DNA of 64,000 bases from Candidatus Kerfeldbacteria bacterium. GTDB lineage: Bacteria > Patescibacteriota > Patescibacteriia > SBBC01. The stretch is from contig JACQPY010000012.1 of NCBI GenBank assembly GCA_016207275.1, positions 1,706 through 65,705 on the forward strand. The letters are read 5' to 3'. Position 1 is the first letter of the stretch, and each line of letters starts with the position of its first letter. The position numbers were made by a program, and so were the translations under genes. Of the stretch, positions 51,951-61,280 are shown in pieces. The notes under the pieces were generated by a model, which was given only the letters and a program-made list of their open reading frames with translations, was not told the origin of the DNA and searched no databases.

Positions 51951-51978
51951 ACTATACCTCTTGTGTTGAGTGTGTCAA
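51951..51978 (-). promoter_or_regulatory. Consensus sigma70 promoter on the minus strand: TTGACA-16-TATAGT
   Basis: Minus-strand TTGACA is the complement of 51973-51978. TATAGT is the complement of 51951-51956. Confidence 0.6.
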
Positions 51979-51980
51979 CC

Positions 51981-54068
51981 CTACTCCCGGTGCAGCGTCC
52001 GGTAAAAGGCTTGGGCTTTACGGGCCAGCAGGCGATGCTGGGCTAAGTCAGGATCGGCTTGGAGCAGCGATGTGGCACTATCGTGAGCCCGCTTCATCAA
52101 GGGCAGATCGGTCAGCGTCGCCAGTCGGAATGCCGGCAACCCGGACTGGCGAATGCCGTAGAGGTCGCCGGGACCGCGCCGGCGGAGGTCTTCCTCGGCC
52201 AGCGCAAAGCCGTCGGTGGTCCGTTCGACAATCGCCAGCCGGTCGCGGACCTCGGAATCGTCGCTTTCGGTGAGCAAAAAGCAGGACGACGGCTTGGCGC
52301 TGCGGCCGACGCGACCGCGCAGCTGGTGGAGCTGGGCCAGGCCAAACCGCTCGGCGCCGAGAATGACCATGGTCGTCGCGTTGGGCACGTCGACGCCGAC
52401 CTCGACCACCGGCGTCGCGACCAGGACGTCGAGCGAACCAGCGGCGAACTGCTGTAAGACAGCAGTTTTTTCTTTGGCTGGCAGTTTGCCGTGGAGCATG
52501 CCGATGGTCAGGTTGACGAGCGGGCCGGTCCGCAACCGTTCGTATTCGGTGGTCGCGGCGGCGACGCCCAATTCATCTGACTCCTCAATCAGCGGACAGA
52601 CCACGTAGGTTTGCTCGTCGGCCGCGGCGCGGTCCTGAACGTGCTGCCAGACCTGCGCCGCAGCCTGGGGAGCCACAACCGCGGTGGCGATTGGTTGCCG
52701 CCCCGGCGGCAGCTGGCGCAGGAACGAAAGGGTCAGGTCGCCGTAGAGGGATAAGGCTAAGGTTCGGGGAATGGGCGTGGCGGTCATTGAGAGGAGGTGC
52801 GGCACCAGGCCGTTTGCGCCTTTCAGCTGGAGCGCGTGTCGCTGCTCTACGCCAAAGCGCTGCTGCTCGTCTACCACCACCAAGGTCAGACGATGAAAGT
52901 TGACGGTTTCGGTCAGCAGGGCGTGTGTTCCGACCACCACGTCGATGCGGCCGTCGGCTAGCAGTTTCAAGAAGGAGCGTTTAGAGTTTGCTGGCTGGTT
53001 GCCGGCCTCGCGTTGCGTTCGGGTCAAGAGGCCAATCCGCAGGGATGAACTAAAGAAACGTTTCAACGTTTCGTAGTGCTGTCGAGCGAGGATGTCAGTC
53101 GGCGCCAGCAGGGCGGTTTGTGTGCTGGCTGAGGCGACACCGTGGGCGGCCACGGCCGCCACCGCTGTTTTGCCCGAGCCGACGTCGCCTTCGAGCAGCC
53201 GATTCATCGGCTGTTTCCTGGTCAGGTCTTTAAGGATTTCCCAGGCTGCCCGACGTTGGTCGTTGGTTAGAGTGAACGGTAACGACCGGACGAAAGCAGC
53301 AGTCTTTTCCTTGTTGAATGGCACGGGTGCGGCTTGACTGCTCGTTCGCAACTGGTCGGCGCGGAGGATTGCCAAACTGAAGAGCAACAGTTCGCCAAAC
53401 TTCAGCCGCTCCAACGACCGGGCAAGGACCTGTGGTGAGGGCGGAAAGTGAATGTCGTGAATAGCAGTTGGTAGCCGAACCAATCGTTCAGACGTCCGGA
53501 TTTTTTCGGGCAGCCAATCGGAGAGTGACTCAGCCAGGGGAAGCACCCGATGCATCAGTAACCGGATTTGCCGCTGCGTCAAACCGGCGGCGGCCCGGTA
53601 GACCGGCAAGATTCGACCGGCCAGGAGCTGCCGATCACCGACGCGTTCGATCAGCGGGGATTGCAACTGCTGGCCGTAGGGCGTGACCGCTAATTTACCC
53701 ACGGCAAACAGTTCGTCGCCCTGGCGAAAACTAGTCGCCAGGTAAGGCTGGTTAAACCAGATAATTTTAACGGTGCCGCTGTGGTCAGTCAGCAGCGCTT
53801 CAGTAATGGTCAGGCGTCGCCGGCGCCAGCCGCGACGAGATTGGATTAGCTGCAACCGTCCGCGCACGACCGCGGTTTGACCAACCCGTAGCTGCGCGAT
53901 CGGCGTCACGCGTCGGAGGTCTTCGTGTCGAATGGGAAAGTGCGACAGCACATCAACCGCCCGGAGGATGCCGAGGCGCCTGAGCTTGCTGGCTGTGGTC
54001 GGCCCGACCCCGGGCAGGTCAGCGACCGGCGTTGTGAGGGATAGCATACTGCTTTGCGACGCGGCCAA
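51981..54068 (-). CDS. recG: ATP-dependent DNA helicase RecG
   Basis: 695 aa. Wedge/OB N-terminal region, helicase motifs I (LEGDVGSGKT), II (VVDEQQRFGV) and VI (QLRGRVGR). Confidence 0.9.
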   Translation of the reverse strand: MAASQSSMLSLTTPVADLPGVGPTTASKLRRLGILRAVDVLSHFPIRHEDLRRVTPIAQLRVGQTAVVRGRLQLIQSRRGWRRRRLTITEALLTDHSGTVKIIWFNQPYLATSFRQGDELFAVGKLAVTPYGQQLQSPLIERVGDRQLLAGRILPVYRAAAGLTQRQIRLLMHRVLPLAESLSDWLPEKIRTSERLVRLPTAIHDIHFPPSPQVLARSLERLKFGELLLFSLAILRADQLRTSSQAAPVPFNKEKTAAFVRSLPFTLTNDQRRAAWEILKDLTRKQPMNRLLEGDVGSGKTAVAAVAAHGVASASTQTALLAPTDILARQHYETLKRFFSSSLRIGLLTRTQREAGNQPANSKRSFLKLLADGRIDVVVGTHALLTETVNFHRLTLVVVDEQQRFGVEQRHALQLKGANGLVPHLLSMTATPIPRTLALSLYGDLTLSFLRQLPPGRQPIATAVVAPQAAAQVWQHVQDRAAADEQTYVVCPLIEESDELGVAAATTEYERLRTGPLVNLTIGMLHGKLPAKEKTAVLQQFAAGSLDVLVATPVVEVGVDVPNATTMVILGAERFGLAQLHQLRGRVGRSAKPSSCFLLTESDDSEVRDRLAIVERTTDGFALAEEDLRRRGPGDLYGIRQSGLPAFRLATLTDLPLMKRAHDSATSLLQADPDLAQHRLLARKAQAFYRTLHRE

Positions 54069-54699
54069 CGAACGACCGCAACTGACGGTACGTTCGACCG
54101 GGGTACGGCGAGCGTTTGAATGCCGACCCCACCACGATTTCAGTGGCGCCAGCCGTGATGGCCGCTGGAATGGTGCGTTCGTTCATGGCGCCGTCAACGC
54201 TGATTTTCAAACGCGGAAATCGACGCCGCAGCGAGCGGACTACCTTGAGCTGGTTTGTGAGAAACGGTCTGCCCTGCTTTCCCGGACGGACGGTCATGAC
54301 CTGAATGGCTGAAGCGTAGCGGCGGTATGGGGAGAGAGCAGCGGGGGAGGTGCCTGGTTTCATGGCCAGGGTGATTTGAAATTGCCCTCTAAGTTTTTGG
54401 AGAAACTTTTGAGTGATCTTGGATTCTAGGTGGAGGATTAGGGTTCGAATACCGACCTTGGCGCAGGCTTGAATCCATGATGCCGGATTGGCAACCATCA
54501 GGTGGGCCGAGGAGTTTGGCGGGAGTTTCAGGCGCGCCAACGACGGCGGTCCAAATGAGCGGGTGGATACAAATCTGCCATCCGTCAGGTCGAGGTGGAT
54601 TGGGGCATGGAGTATACGCAAACGGTTGATGGACCGTTGCGCTTCGTGACGGGTTCGCCCCAAGACAGCGGGAACGATCCTAACGTGTGGCATGCTCAA
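54019..54699 (-). CDS. rpe: Ribulose-phosphate 3-epimerase-like TIM-barrel protein
   Basis: 226 aa. IHLDLTDGRFV, HLMV, MTVRPGKQGRPF, ISVDGAMN, VVGSAF motifs parallel Rpe (HxD...DG.FVP, HLM, PGFGGQ, VDGG, AGS). Confidence 0.75.
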   Translation of the reverse strand: MSMPHVRIVPAVLGRTRHEAQRSINRLRILHAPIHLDLTDGRFVSTRSFGPPSLARLKLPPNSSAHLMVANPASWIQACAKVGIRTLILHLESKITQKFLQKLRGQFQITLAMKPGTSPAALSPYRRYASAIQVMTVRPGKQGRPFLTNQLKVVRSLRRRFPRLKISVDGAMNERTIPAAITAGATEIVVGSAFKRSPYPGRTYRQLRSFVGRVAKQYAIPHNAGR

Positions 54700-55165
54700 T
54701 GGCCTTGATCTGTCGGATCCGTCGGCGGTCGCGCGTCGTATTTCGAAACCTCGTGGCCAAGAAGGTGCGAATGATTTTCCAGGAGGCGGCAGCGGTCAAG
54801 CGGTCGGCTGGCAGCGCCAGGACGTTGATGTTGTCGTCTCGTCGCGCACGTCTGGCAAGCCAAGGATCCGGAGCGACCGTAGCCCGGACGCCCATCACTT
54901 TATTTGCGACTACCGCCACGCCAACGCCAGAACGACACAGGAGAATGCCGCGGTTTCCTTGGTCACGAGTGACGGCTCGGGCAACTCGCGCAGCGATTGG
55001 TGGGTAGTCGTCAGACGGATCGAGGCGGCGGGCGCCTATGTCGATGAATGGAATTTTTGCTTTAGCCAGCATGTGCTTGAGCTGTTCTTTGAGTTTGTAT
55101 CCGCCGTGGTCGGTTCCGAGGAAGATTGTTAGACGTTTGACGTTTGACATGTGACTTTTGACCAA
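54680..55165 (-). CDS. rpiB: Ribose-5-phosphate isomerase B (RpiB/LacAB family)
   Basis: 161 aa. LGTDHGGYKLKE, GILLCRSGVGVAVVANK motifs. Confidence 0.85.
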   Translation of the reverse strand: MVKSHMSNVKRLTIFLGTDHGGYKLKEQLKHMLAKAKIPFIDIGARRLDPSDDYPPIAARVARAVTRDQGNRGILLCRSGVGVAVVANKVMGVRATVAPDPWLARRARRDDNINVLALPADRLTAAASWKIIRTFLATRFRNTTRDRRRIRQIKAIEHATR

Positions 55166-55199
55166 AGGGTTCGTTTCATAAAAACATACAGCGCAGACT

Positions 55200-56057
55200 T
55201 TAGTCTGCGCGCCGCTTGTTCTGTTTCAACAATTCAAGGGCGCCGTACAGGCCGCCGACGTCGCCGAGTTGGGCTCGGGCGAGTTTGGGCATTCGGTAAC
55301 TGCTGAGAAGATGTCGCAGCTGCGTGCGCACCTCGTTGACGTCGATGCCGGGTTTTTTCATCATCGACCCGCCCAGAACAACTGCTTCGGGTGACCAAAA
55401 ATACGCGACATTTACTAAACCAACCGCCAACCTTTTCGCCGCTTCCTTCCAAACGGTTACGCTTCGAATCTGTCTCGGTGGTCGGTGGTAGCGATGTTGG
55501 ATGGCGGTTCCGGAAATTAAAGCCTCGAGCGTCCCACGCAAGTACGGGTTATGGTACGGTGGGTAGGTCGGACCGTCGAATTTGATGATTTGATGTCCGG
55601 GTTCGAGTCCGATCGCGGCCCGGTCTATCCGCCCACCGACAATCCGAGTACCGCCGACGCCGGTGCTGATGGTTAGGTAGGCCAGGATTGAGTAACCACG
55701 GCCGGCCCCATAGTGAGCCTCGCCAAGACCAGCTAAGTCGGCGTCGTTTTCCAATCGGACTGTCGTTTTCAGGTGGGTTGCTAGATCGCGAACCAACGGT
55801 TTTCCTGCCCAGCGGGGCAAATGCGTGCTGCTGAGCAGTCGGTCTTTATTCGGACTGAGTGCGCCGGGAACACCTCCGGTTGCCGCCGTAATTCGAGCGG
55901 AGCCGGTCAGCTGTCGAGCAAGGAGTGTAATCGTCGCGATCGCTGCTCGGTATTCTTTTGGACTCTTCGTAATGATCGGCGAACCAAAACGTCGGCCGTC
56001 GCGCGTGACTGCCAGCCGCATATTCGTTCCGCCGATGTCGAAGAGAAGGGCGTTCAT
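55200..56057 (-). CDS. ROK-family sugar kinase (glucokinase-like)
   Basis: 285 aa. LLFDIGGTNMRLAV N-terminal ATPase motif and ROK signature region. Confidence 0.8.
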   Translation of the reverse strand: MNALLFDIGGTNMRLAVTRDGRRFGSPIITKSPKEYRAAIATITLLARQLTGSARITAATGGVPGALSPNKDRLLSSTHLPRWAGKPLVRDLATHLKTTVRLENDADLAGLGEAHYGAGRGYSILAYLTISTGVGGTRIVGGRIDRAAIGLEPGHQIIKFDGPTYPPYHNPYLRGTLEALISGTAIQHRYHRPPRQIRSVTVWKEAAKRLAVGLVNVAYFWSPEAVVLGGSMMKKPGIDVNEVRTQLRHLLSSYRMPKLARAQLGDVGGLYGALELLKQNKRRAD

Positions 56058-56908
56058 TTCACTGCGGCCTGGAGAAGACTGTTCCAGTCTTCGGAGAATT
56101 TCGTTATTCCTTTGTCGGTGAGTTCATGGTGGAGATCGAAGCTCTGCCAATCTGCATTGAGGTTGAGTTCTTCGTAGGGTATGGATTGTAGTGGGGGTTG
56201 TGGCAGCGTGGAGATTTCTTCTCCTTTTGTCCACGCCAGGAGCACTTTTGCCGGCGCGGTGATGATATCAGCTTGGAGGTTAAGCAGGCTTTGTAGGTGT
56301 GCGACTGAACGGACGCTGGCGGCGAGTACCATGACGTGACCGCCGCCCTTCTGGTACATCTGTTGAATGTTCTTGATGAGATCGAGTCCTTGCTGGCCAA
56401 TGTCGTCAAGCCGTCCGATGAACGGCGACAGAAAAACGTCGCCGCGGGAGGCACCGGTGGTGGCGGAATATACCGCGGCCGCTTGGGATTGGGAAAATAC
56501 CAACGTCATGTTCACCCGGATCCCTTCGGCCAGTGCTTGACCAGCCGCCTTCAACCCCTCAGCGGTGGTTGGGAACTTGATGTGGGCATTGGGAATCCAG
56601 GAGTTGAACTCGCGTGCTTGCTTCAGCATCTTCTGGGCAGTGGTGGTAAGGTCAGCGTACGTCTCGATGGAGATCGACCCCTGAGGAACCAGACCGGAAA
56701 TTTCTTGGACCACGCGTTTGTAAAATTCCCAGAGCTCCTCGTTGGTAAAGGGCTGCCGCCGTTCCTTCCTGGCCGCAGCCTCGGGGGATTTGGCAATCAG
56801 CGTTGGGTTTGTAGTCTGGCCGTCGAGAAAGCCGAGGGTCTGAAGAACGGCTCTCGTCTCCCCGGGATCACCGCTATCAAGGAACATCTTTGTTGACGGA
56901 CGCTTCAT
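56054..56908 (-). CDS. tal: Transaldolase / fructose-6-phosphate aldolase family
   Basis: 284 aa. FLDSGD...GQTTNPTLI, active-site Lys region IKFPTT, RVNMTLVFS. Confidence 0.85.
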   Translation of the reverse strand: MKRPSTKMFLDSGDPGETRAVLQTLGFLDGQTTNPTLIAKSPEAAARKERRQPFTNEELWEFYKRVVQEISGLVPQGSISIETYADLTTTAQKMLKQAREFNSWIPNAHIKFPTTAEGLKAAGQALAEGIRVNMTLVFSQSQAAAVYSATTGASRGDVFLSPFIGRLDDIGQQGLDLIKNIQQMYQKGGGHVMVLAASVRSVAHLQSLLNLQADIITAPAKVLLAWTKGEEISTLPQPPLQSIPYEELNLNADWQSFDLHHELTDKGITKFSEDWNSLLQAAVK

Positions 56909-58791
56909 CGGAATTTCTTCACGACACGGACAATTGCTTGACTGTCAATGCCTTGGAAACGAAGCTGCTCCTCCGATTTGCCGCTCCTTGGGATTTTTGT
57001 GACCGCCAACGAGATGACGGTTCCGGCCAGCGGACCGAGCGCGCTGCGGACTGCCTCAGCCATGCCACCGGCCGGGTGGTGGTCCTCGACCGTGATCAGA
57101 TGTTTCGTCTCTCGCGCTGCCTGTCGTAGAGTGTTCGAATCGATCGGCTTGATGCTGTAGAGATCAATGACGCGGACATTAATCTTGCGTTTGGCTAATT
57201 CTTGGGCGGCTTTAAGCGCCTGGTGGAGAGTGATGCCAGCCGCAATAATGGTCGCACGGTCATGGTTACTTTTTCGCAGTATCGTACTTCCGCCGATCGT
57301 GAAGCGCGTGGTTGGTTTGTAAATGACCGGGGTGACACCTCGGGTGGCTCGAACATAGACTATGCCGCGCGCTTTCAAAGCACGCTCCACCAGACGTTCC
57401 ATCGAGATGGCATCCGACGGATAGAGCACCACTGAATCTTGGAGCGTTCGGAACATGGCGATGTCCTCTAGTCCCATCTGCGAAGCGCCATCCTCGCCTA
57501 TGGAAACCCCAACGTGGGTGCCGACGAACACGAGGTGCTGCTGGCTGTACTGCGCCATGCGGAGCTGGTCAAAGGCGCGGGTGAAAAAGGCGGCAAAGGT
57601 TGAGACCACCGGCAATTTACCTCGGGTGGCCAACCCCAGGGCCGTTCCCACCAAATTCTGTTCAGCAATGTACGATTGGATGAATTTTTTGGGGAATCGT
57701 TCGGCCAAAAGTTCGGTGAAAGTCGAATTCTTGACCTCGCCGTCGAGCACCATCAAGTTCGGGAAGGCCGGGGCGAGACGGACCAGCGCCTGGCCAAAGG
57801 CCTTACGCGTGGCGATCGCGTCATTCATTTTATACCGAAGCTCCTTAGCTGGTTTGCGAAGCGCCAGGGTCGGTCGGCGTTTCTCCGGAAGCTCAATGAC
57901 GGCGTGAAGTTTAGTGTTAATCGGCCCTAGTTCAGTTAGTGCAGTTTTTAGCTCCTCGGTGTTTAGAGCCTTGCCATGCCAGCCTTCTTTGTTTTCGAGA
58001 AACGATACGCCCTTGCCTTTGAGCGTTTTGGCAACGATCATGGTTGGTTTGTTTCTCGTGTTCGAAGCGCTGGCGTAGGCGCCGAGAACCTGTGACAAAT
58101 CGTGACCGTCAATGGCGATTGTCCGCCAGCCGAAACCGCCGACCCGCCGTTCGTACGCCCGAAGGTCGTGGCCAAGCATGGTTGGGCCGGACTGGCCTAA
58201 TTTATTGACGTCAAGAATAGCAGTTAGATTATCAAGGCGGTTAAACGATGCGAACTGAATGGCTTCCCAAATTGAACCTTCGGCCATTTCGCTGTCGCCG
58301 AGCAAGACGTATGTTCGGTATGGCAGCCGATCTAACTTAGCGGCCAGCGCCATACCCACGCCGACTGACAAACCTTGGCCGAGCGAACCGGTCGGGAATT
58401 CGGTGTAGGGGAATCTCGGCATCGGATGGCCTTCCAACCGACTACCGAATTTTCGAAGGCGCAGCAGTTCGCTCGGTTTGATTCGGCCAACCGCAGCGTA
58501 GAGTGCGTAAAGCAACGGAGCGGCATGTCCTTTGGAAAAGATTAAACGGTCGTTGTTGGGATTGTGCGGCCGGTTGAGATCTGATCGGAACGCGCCGCCA
58601 AACATTAAACCAACCATTAATTCCACGGCCGAGAGCGACGACGTCGGATGGCCAGAACCGGCAGCCGTGGTTGAGCGAAGGATATGAGAACGGACAAGTC
58701 GGGCGAGTGCCTTGAGGTGGTCCTGGGTTGTTGAAATTTTTTCTTTCATTATCCTTAAGTATGGCACATTATCCGTCGTTCTTCGAGCCAC
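56905..58791 (-). CDS. tkt: Transketolase
   Basis: 628 aa. TPP-binding GSGHPTSSLSAVEL and GDSEMAEGSIWEA motifs, pyrimidine-binding and C-terminal domains. Confidence 0.9.
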   Translation of the reverse strand: MARRTTDNVPYLRIMKEKISTTQDHLKALARLVRSHILRSTTAAGSGHPTSSLSAVELMVGLMFGGAFRSDLNRPHNPNNDRLIFSKGHAAPLLYALYAAVGRIKPSELLRLRKFGSRLEGHPMPRFPYTEFPTGSLGQGLSVGVGMALAAKLDRLPYRTYVLLGDSEMAEGSIWEAIQFASFNRLDNLTAILDVNKLGQSGPTMLGHDLRAYERRVGGFGWRTIAIDGHDLSQVLGAYASASNTRNKPTMIVAKTLKGKGVSFLENKEGWHGKALNTEELKTALTELGPINTKLHAVIELPEKRRPTLALRKPAKELRYKMNDAIATRKAFGQALVRLAPAFPNLMVLDGEVKNSTFTELLAERFPKKFIQSYIAEQNLVGTALGLATRGKLPVVSTFAAFFTRAFDQLRMAQYSQQHLVFVGTHVGVSIGEDGASQMGLEDIAMFRTLQDSVVLYPSDAISMERLVERALKARGIVYVRATRGVTPVIYKPTTRFTIGGSTILRKSNHDRATIIAAGITLHQALKAAQELAKRKINVRVIDLYSIKPIDSNTLRQAARETKHLITVEDHHPAGGMAEAVRSALGPLAGTVISLAVTKIPRSGKSEEQLRFQGIDSQAIVRVVKKFR

Positions 58792-59594
58792 CGAAGTAGC
58801 CTTTCCAGCGGCCAGGTGTTGATCACTCGTGATGCCGGAAAGCGTTGTTGCTGGAGTTGCCTAATGACCGGAATCGAGCTTAGTGAACCGCTGGCAATGG
58901 TCTGTTCACGGATCATGTTGCCGTGAATGTCGGAACCAAGGCTGATCAGCACCCCGCTTCGTACAATCGAGGTTATCAGCTCGGCTCCGAAGGGGTTTCT
59001 AAGATTGAGCTCAAAGGCAATTTCGAACTCGGTACAGAGTTGTAACAGTTGGCGGTATTGTGGCAGGGTGGCCGGTACGACGTAGCGCGTCGGGTGGCCG
59101 AGGATGTTGACCGGGCAATGGACAAAAAGATGTTGCAGCCGTCGGAGAGTTTCGTCCATGCGCCATTCCGTAGAATTGCCGTGTCGGGAAGCAATGACGA
59201 CTGAGAGCGAACAGAGAGTTTCTTTGGTTACATCGACATCGCCAGAAGCCAAGAGACTGGCCTCCACGCCGGCCAGAAGCACAGGCCCGGTTGGCCCGGC
59301 CTCGTTCCTGACTCGTTCAATGATATCTTTGTGTTCTCGGACAAGTTTTTCGGATGAGGCCGTTGGGGGTTCGGGAGCAAGCGGGTTGGTGGCATGATTG
59401 ACGATGGCCAAGTACTCGTATTCGCGCTTCGAAAGATAGGATCGCATTTCTTCAATCGCGCCTACGCCGCAGGTCTGGCCGTATTCAACCGGATCCCCTG
59501 ATTTGTGACTGTCGCAGATCGTGTGCTGGGCGTGGACATGGAGATCGCCACGAATCTGCCACGGTGAGCGAGTGGGCATAGCGGAGCGGTTCAA
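58755..59594 (-). CDS. PHP-domain (histidinol-phosphatase-like) metal-dependent phosphoesterase
   Basis: 279 aa. GDLHVHAQHT N-terminal His cluster, later His/Asp motifs. 37-nt overlap with the tkt start. Confidence 0.7.
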   Translation of the reverse strand: MNRSAMPTRSPWQIRGDLHVHAQHTICDSHKSGDPVEYGQTCGVGAIEEMRSYLSKREYEYLAIVNHATNPLAPEPPTASSEKLVREHKDIIERVRNEAGPTGPVLLAGVEASLLASGDVDVTKETLCSLSVVIASRHGNSTEWRMDETLRRLQHLFVHCPVNILGHPTRYVVPATLPQYRQLLQLCTEFEIAFELNLRNPFGAELITSIVRSGVLISLGSDIHGNMIREQTIASGSLSSIPVIRQLQQQRFPASRVINTWPLERLLRWLEERRIMCHT

Positions 59595-59712
59595 TCAACT
59601 ACCAATCCGGCACCAGTTCGAAAATGAGTGAAAACCTGTCTTGAGTGCATCGAAGGGCGGGCTTTTCTCCCACCATCATCAGACCATTTAAAACTATAGC
59701 ATAGAGCTACGT

Positions 59713-60240
59713 TCATACAAATGATTTTCCGCTCTCTTCTTTGATACATTTTTCGCAGGGTTTATCGAGATGACGGAGAGTAAAGATGATGGAAATGAGC
59801 ATAAACACTATGGCAACTAGCACTACGTACCAACGGTACTGGATGATTGTCAACACAGTACCAAAACCGAGGAAGCCAAGAATCGCCGCAACACACGACG
59901 AGCATGCCGCAGATGCCAGGATCGCCGCGAGTGTGGCTGAAGCCCCGCCTGCACCAGCCTTGCCGATTGCTTGCCACCGCTTGCCTCCCCGGTGGCGGCG
60001 GAAGAGTTCAATCTGGATCACGGTGAATAATGAAGCAAGAAGCGCCAGTCCGGCCATGAGGACATAGTCTCGGTCCGTGAAGATGCTCAATTGGAACGCG
60101 AGACTGTTACCTGGGATGGTCAGGACGGGGATGCCGACGAACACCATGTACCACCCCACGGTCAGAAATAACAGAAGCAAAACATTGGTTCTCAATCGGA
60201 AGATGCGCGCTATCGTCTTAGTAAGGGCCATGTTAAACAA
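59713..60240 (-). CDS. MerT-like membrane protein (Cys-pair in first TM) in a low-GC island
   Basis: 175 aa. ILASAACSSCVAAILGFLGFG resembles the MerT TM1 Cys-containing motif. C-terminal CEKC. Confidence 0.4.
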   Translation of the reverse strand: MFNMALTKTIARIFRLRTNVLLLLFLTVGWYMVFVGIPVLTIPGNSLAFQLSIFTDRDYVLMAGLALLASLFTVIQIELFRRHRGGKRWQAIGKAGAGGASATLAAILASAACSSCVAAILGFLGFGTVLTIIQYRWYVVLVAIVFMLISIIFTLRHLDKPCEKCIKEESGKSFV

Positions 60241-60676
60241 CCTTCCGAAAACCGTTCATTCGGTAAATGGCGAATATCAGCAGCGCAATCGAAACCAATG
60301 AGAAGATCGGAGCGACACGACTCAAGAACACGTTGGCGGAAAGTGGCAGGAAGACCGCGATGGCGGGAATACAAGCTGGGCATGCGCCGAAGAACACGCC
60401 GACAAACGAGCCGGTCGCACCGGTTTTGACGCTTCCGACCGGACAGCAGGGTTGCACGGTTTTGTGGTATGTGTAGGTGCCAACGACAGTGCCAGACAAG
60501 AGGGCAATGGTCGGGTACAGATACGTGAGATACGATGAGCTGAGGTAGACGCGAAACCAGTCATCCAGCCCGCGGAGGGGGATGGCCGGCCACAAGAAGA
60601 TGGCTGCCGTGGTTCCCAACGCTGCCAGGACCGGCCAACGATGTCGAAAGATTTTTAGAATGAGGAAATTACTCAT
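60233..60676 (-). CDS. Membrane protein with CCP and CPAC thiol motifs (MerT/DsbD-like metal or thiol handling)
   Basis: 147 aa, 4 TM. QPCCPVGS and GACPAC. Confidence 0.4.
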   Translation of the reverse strand: MSNFLILKIFRHRWPVLAALGTTAAIFLWPAIPLRGLDDWFRVYLSSSYLTYLYPTIALLSGTVVGTYTYHKTVQPCCPVGSVKTGATGSFVGVFFGACPACIPAIAVFLPLSANVFLSRVAPIFSLVSIALLIFAIYRMNGFRKVV

Positions 60677-60681
60677 ATCCG

Positions 60682-61239
60682 TTAACCGACGATAGAACGA
60701 ACGAGCTTGAGATACTGTTCGTCGACAATCTGCGTGTTAAAGTCTCGGACAGTGCCATCTCCGTTGAGCAGGTACTTCGAGTCGAGAAATTTAATTTTGC
60801 TGCTGGCTGCCAGTCCGTTGTTCAGTGCCAACCTCCAGGATGGCCTGGCAAATTGTTCTCTCCATCTCCGAAGATCCGACGGTTGTTCCTTAGGATCAAC
60901 AAAGATCACCAGCACGTTGAAGCTTTGGGGCCCCAGTTCATCTTGGAGTTTCGCTACTGCTTCGGCGCCGATCTGGCACGGCGTGCACCAGGTTGCCGTG
61001 AACCAGATGATCGCCGGTTTCCCCTTGAGTGTACCGTTAGAAATTTTCTGTCCGTCAATATCTGTCACGCTAAACTCAGGAAAAGCGTTGTGAGCAGGAG
61101 TATTGACGCTTTGATTCCCGGGTTGATTTGCATTGGCGGAACGGCTAGTCGATCCGCCACGGTAAAAGAAAATGAATCCAATAATTATGAACGGCAAGGC
61201 GCAACAAATTCCGGCAATGGTGATGAATTTTTTCATCAT
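60682..61239 (-). CDS. TlpA/ResA-like thioredoxin-fold thiol-disulfide oxidoreductase lipoprotein
   Basis: 185 aa. Signal peptide with lipobox-like ...ITIAGIC. WCTPC active site. Confidence 0.75.
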   Translation of the reverse strand: MMKKFITIAGICCALPFIIIGFIFFYRGGSTSRSANANQPGNQSVNTPAHNAFPEFSVTDIDGQKISNGTLKGKPAIIWFTATWCTPCQIGAEAVAKLQDELGPQSFNVLVIFVDPKEQPSDLRRWREQFARPSWRLALNNGLAASSKIKFLDSKYLLNGDGTVRDFNTQIVDEQYLKLVRSIVG

Positions 61240-61280
61240 TTATTCATGAAGTCTCGCCACTGATAACACAGGCAATATTT

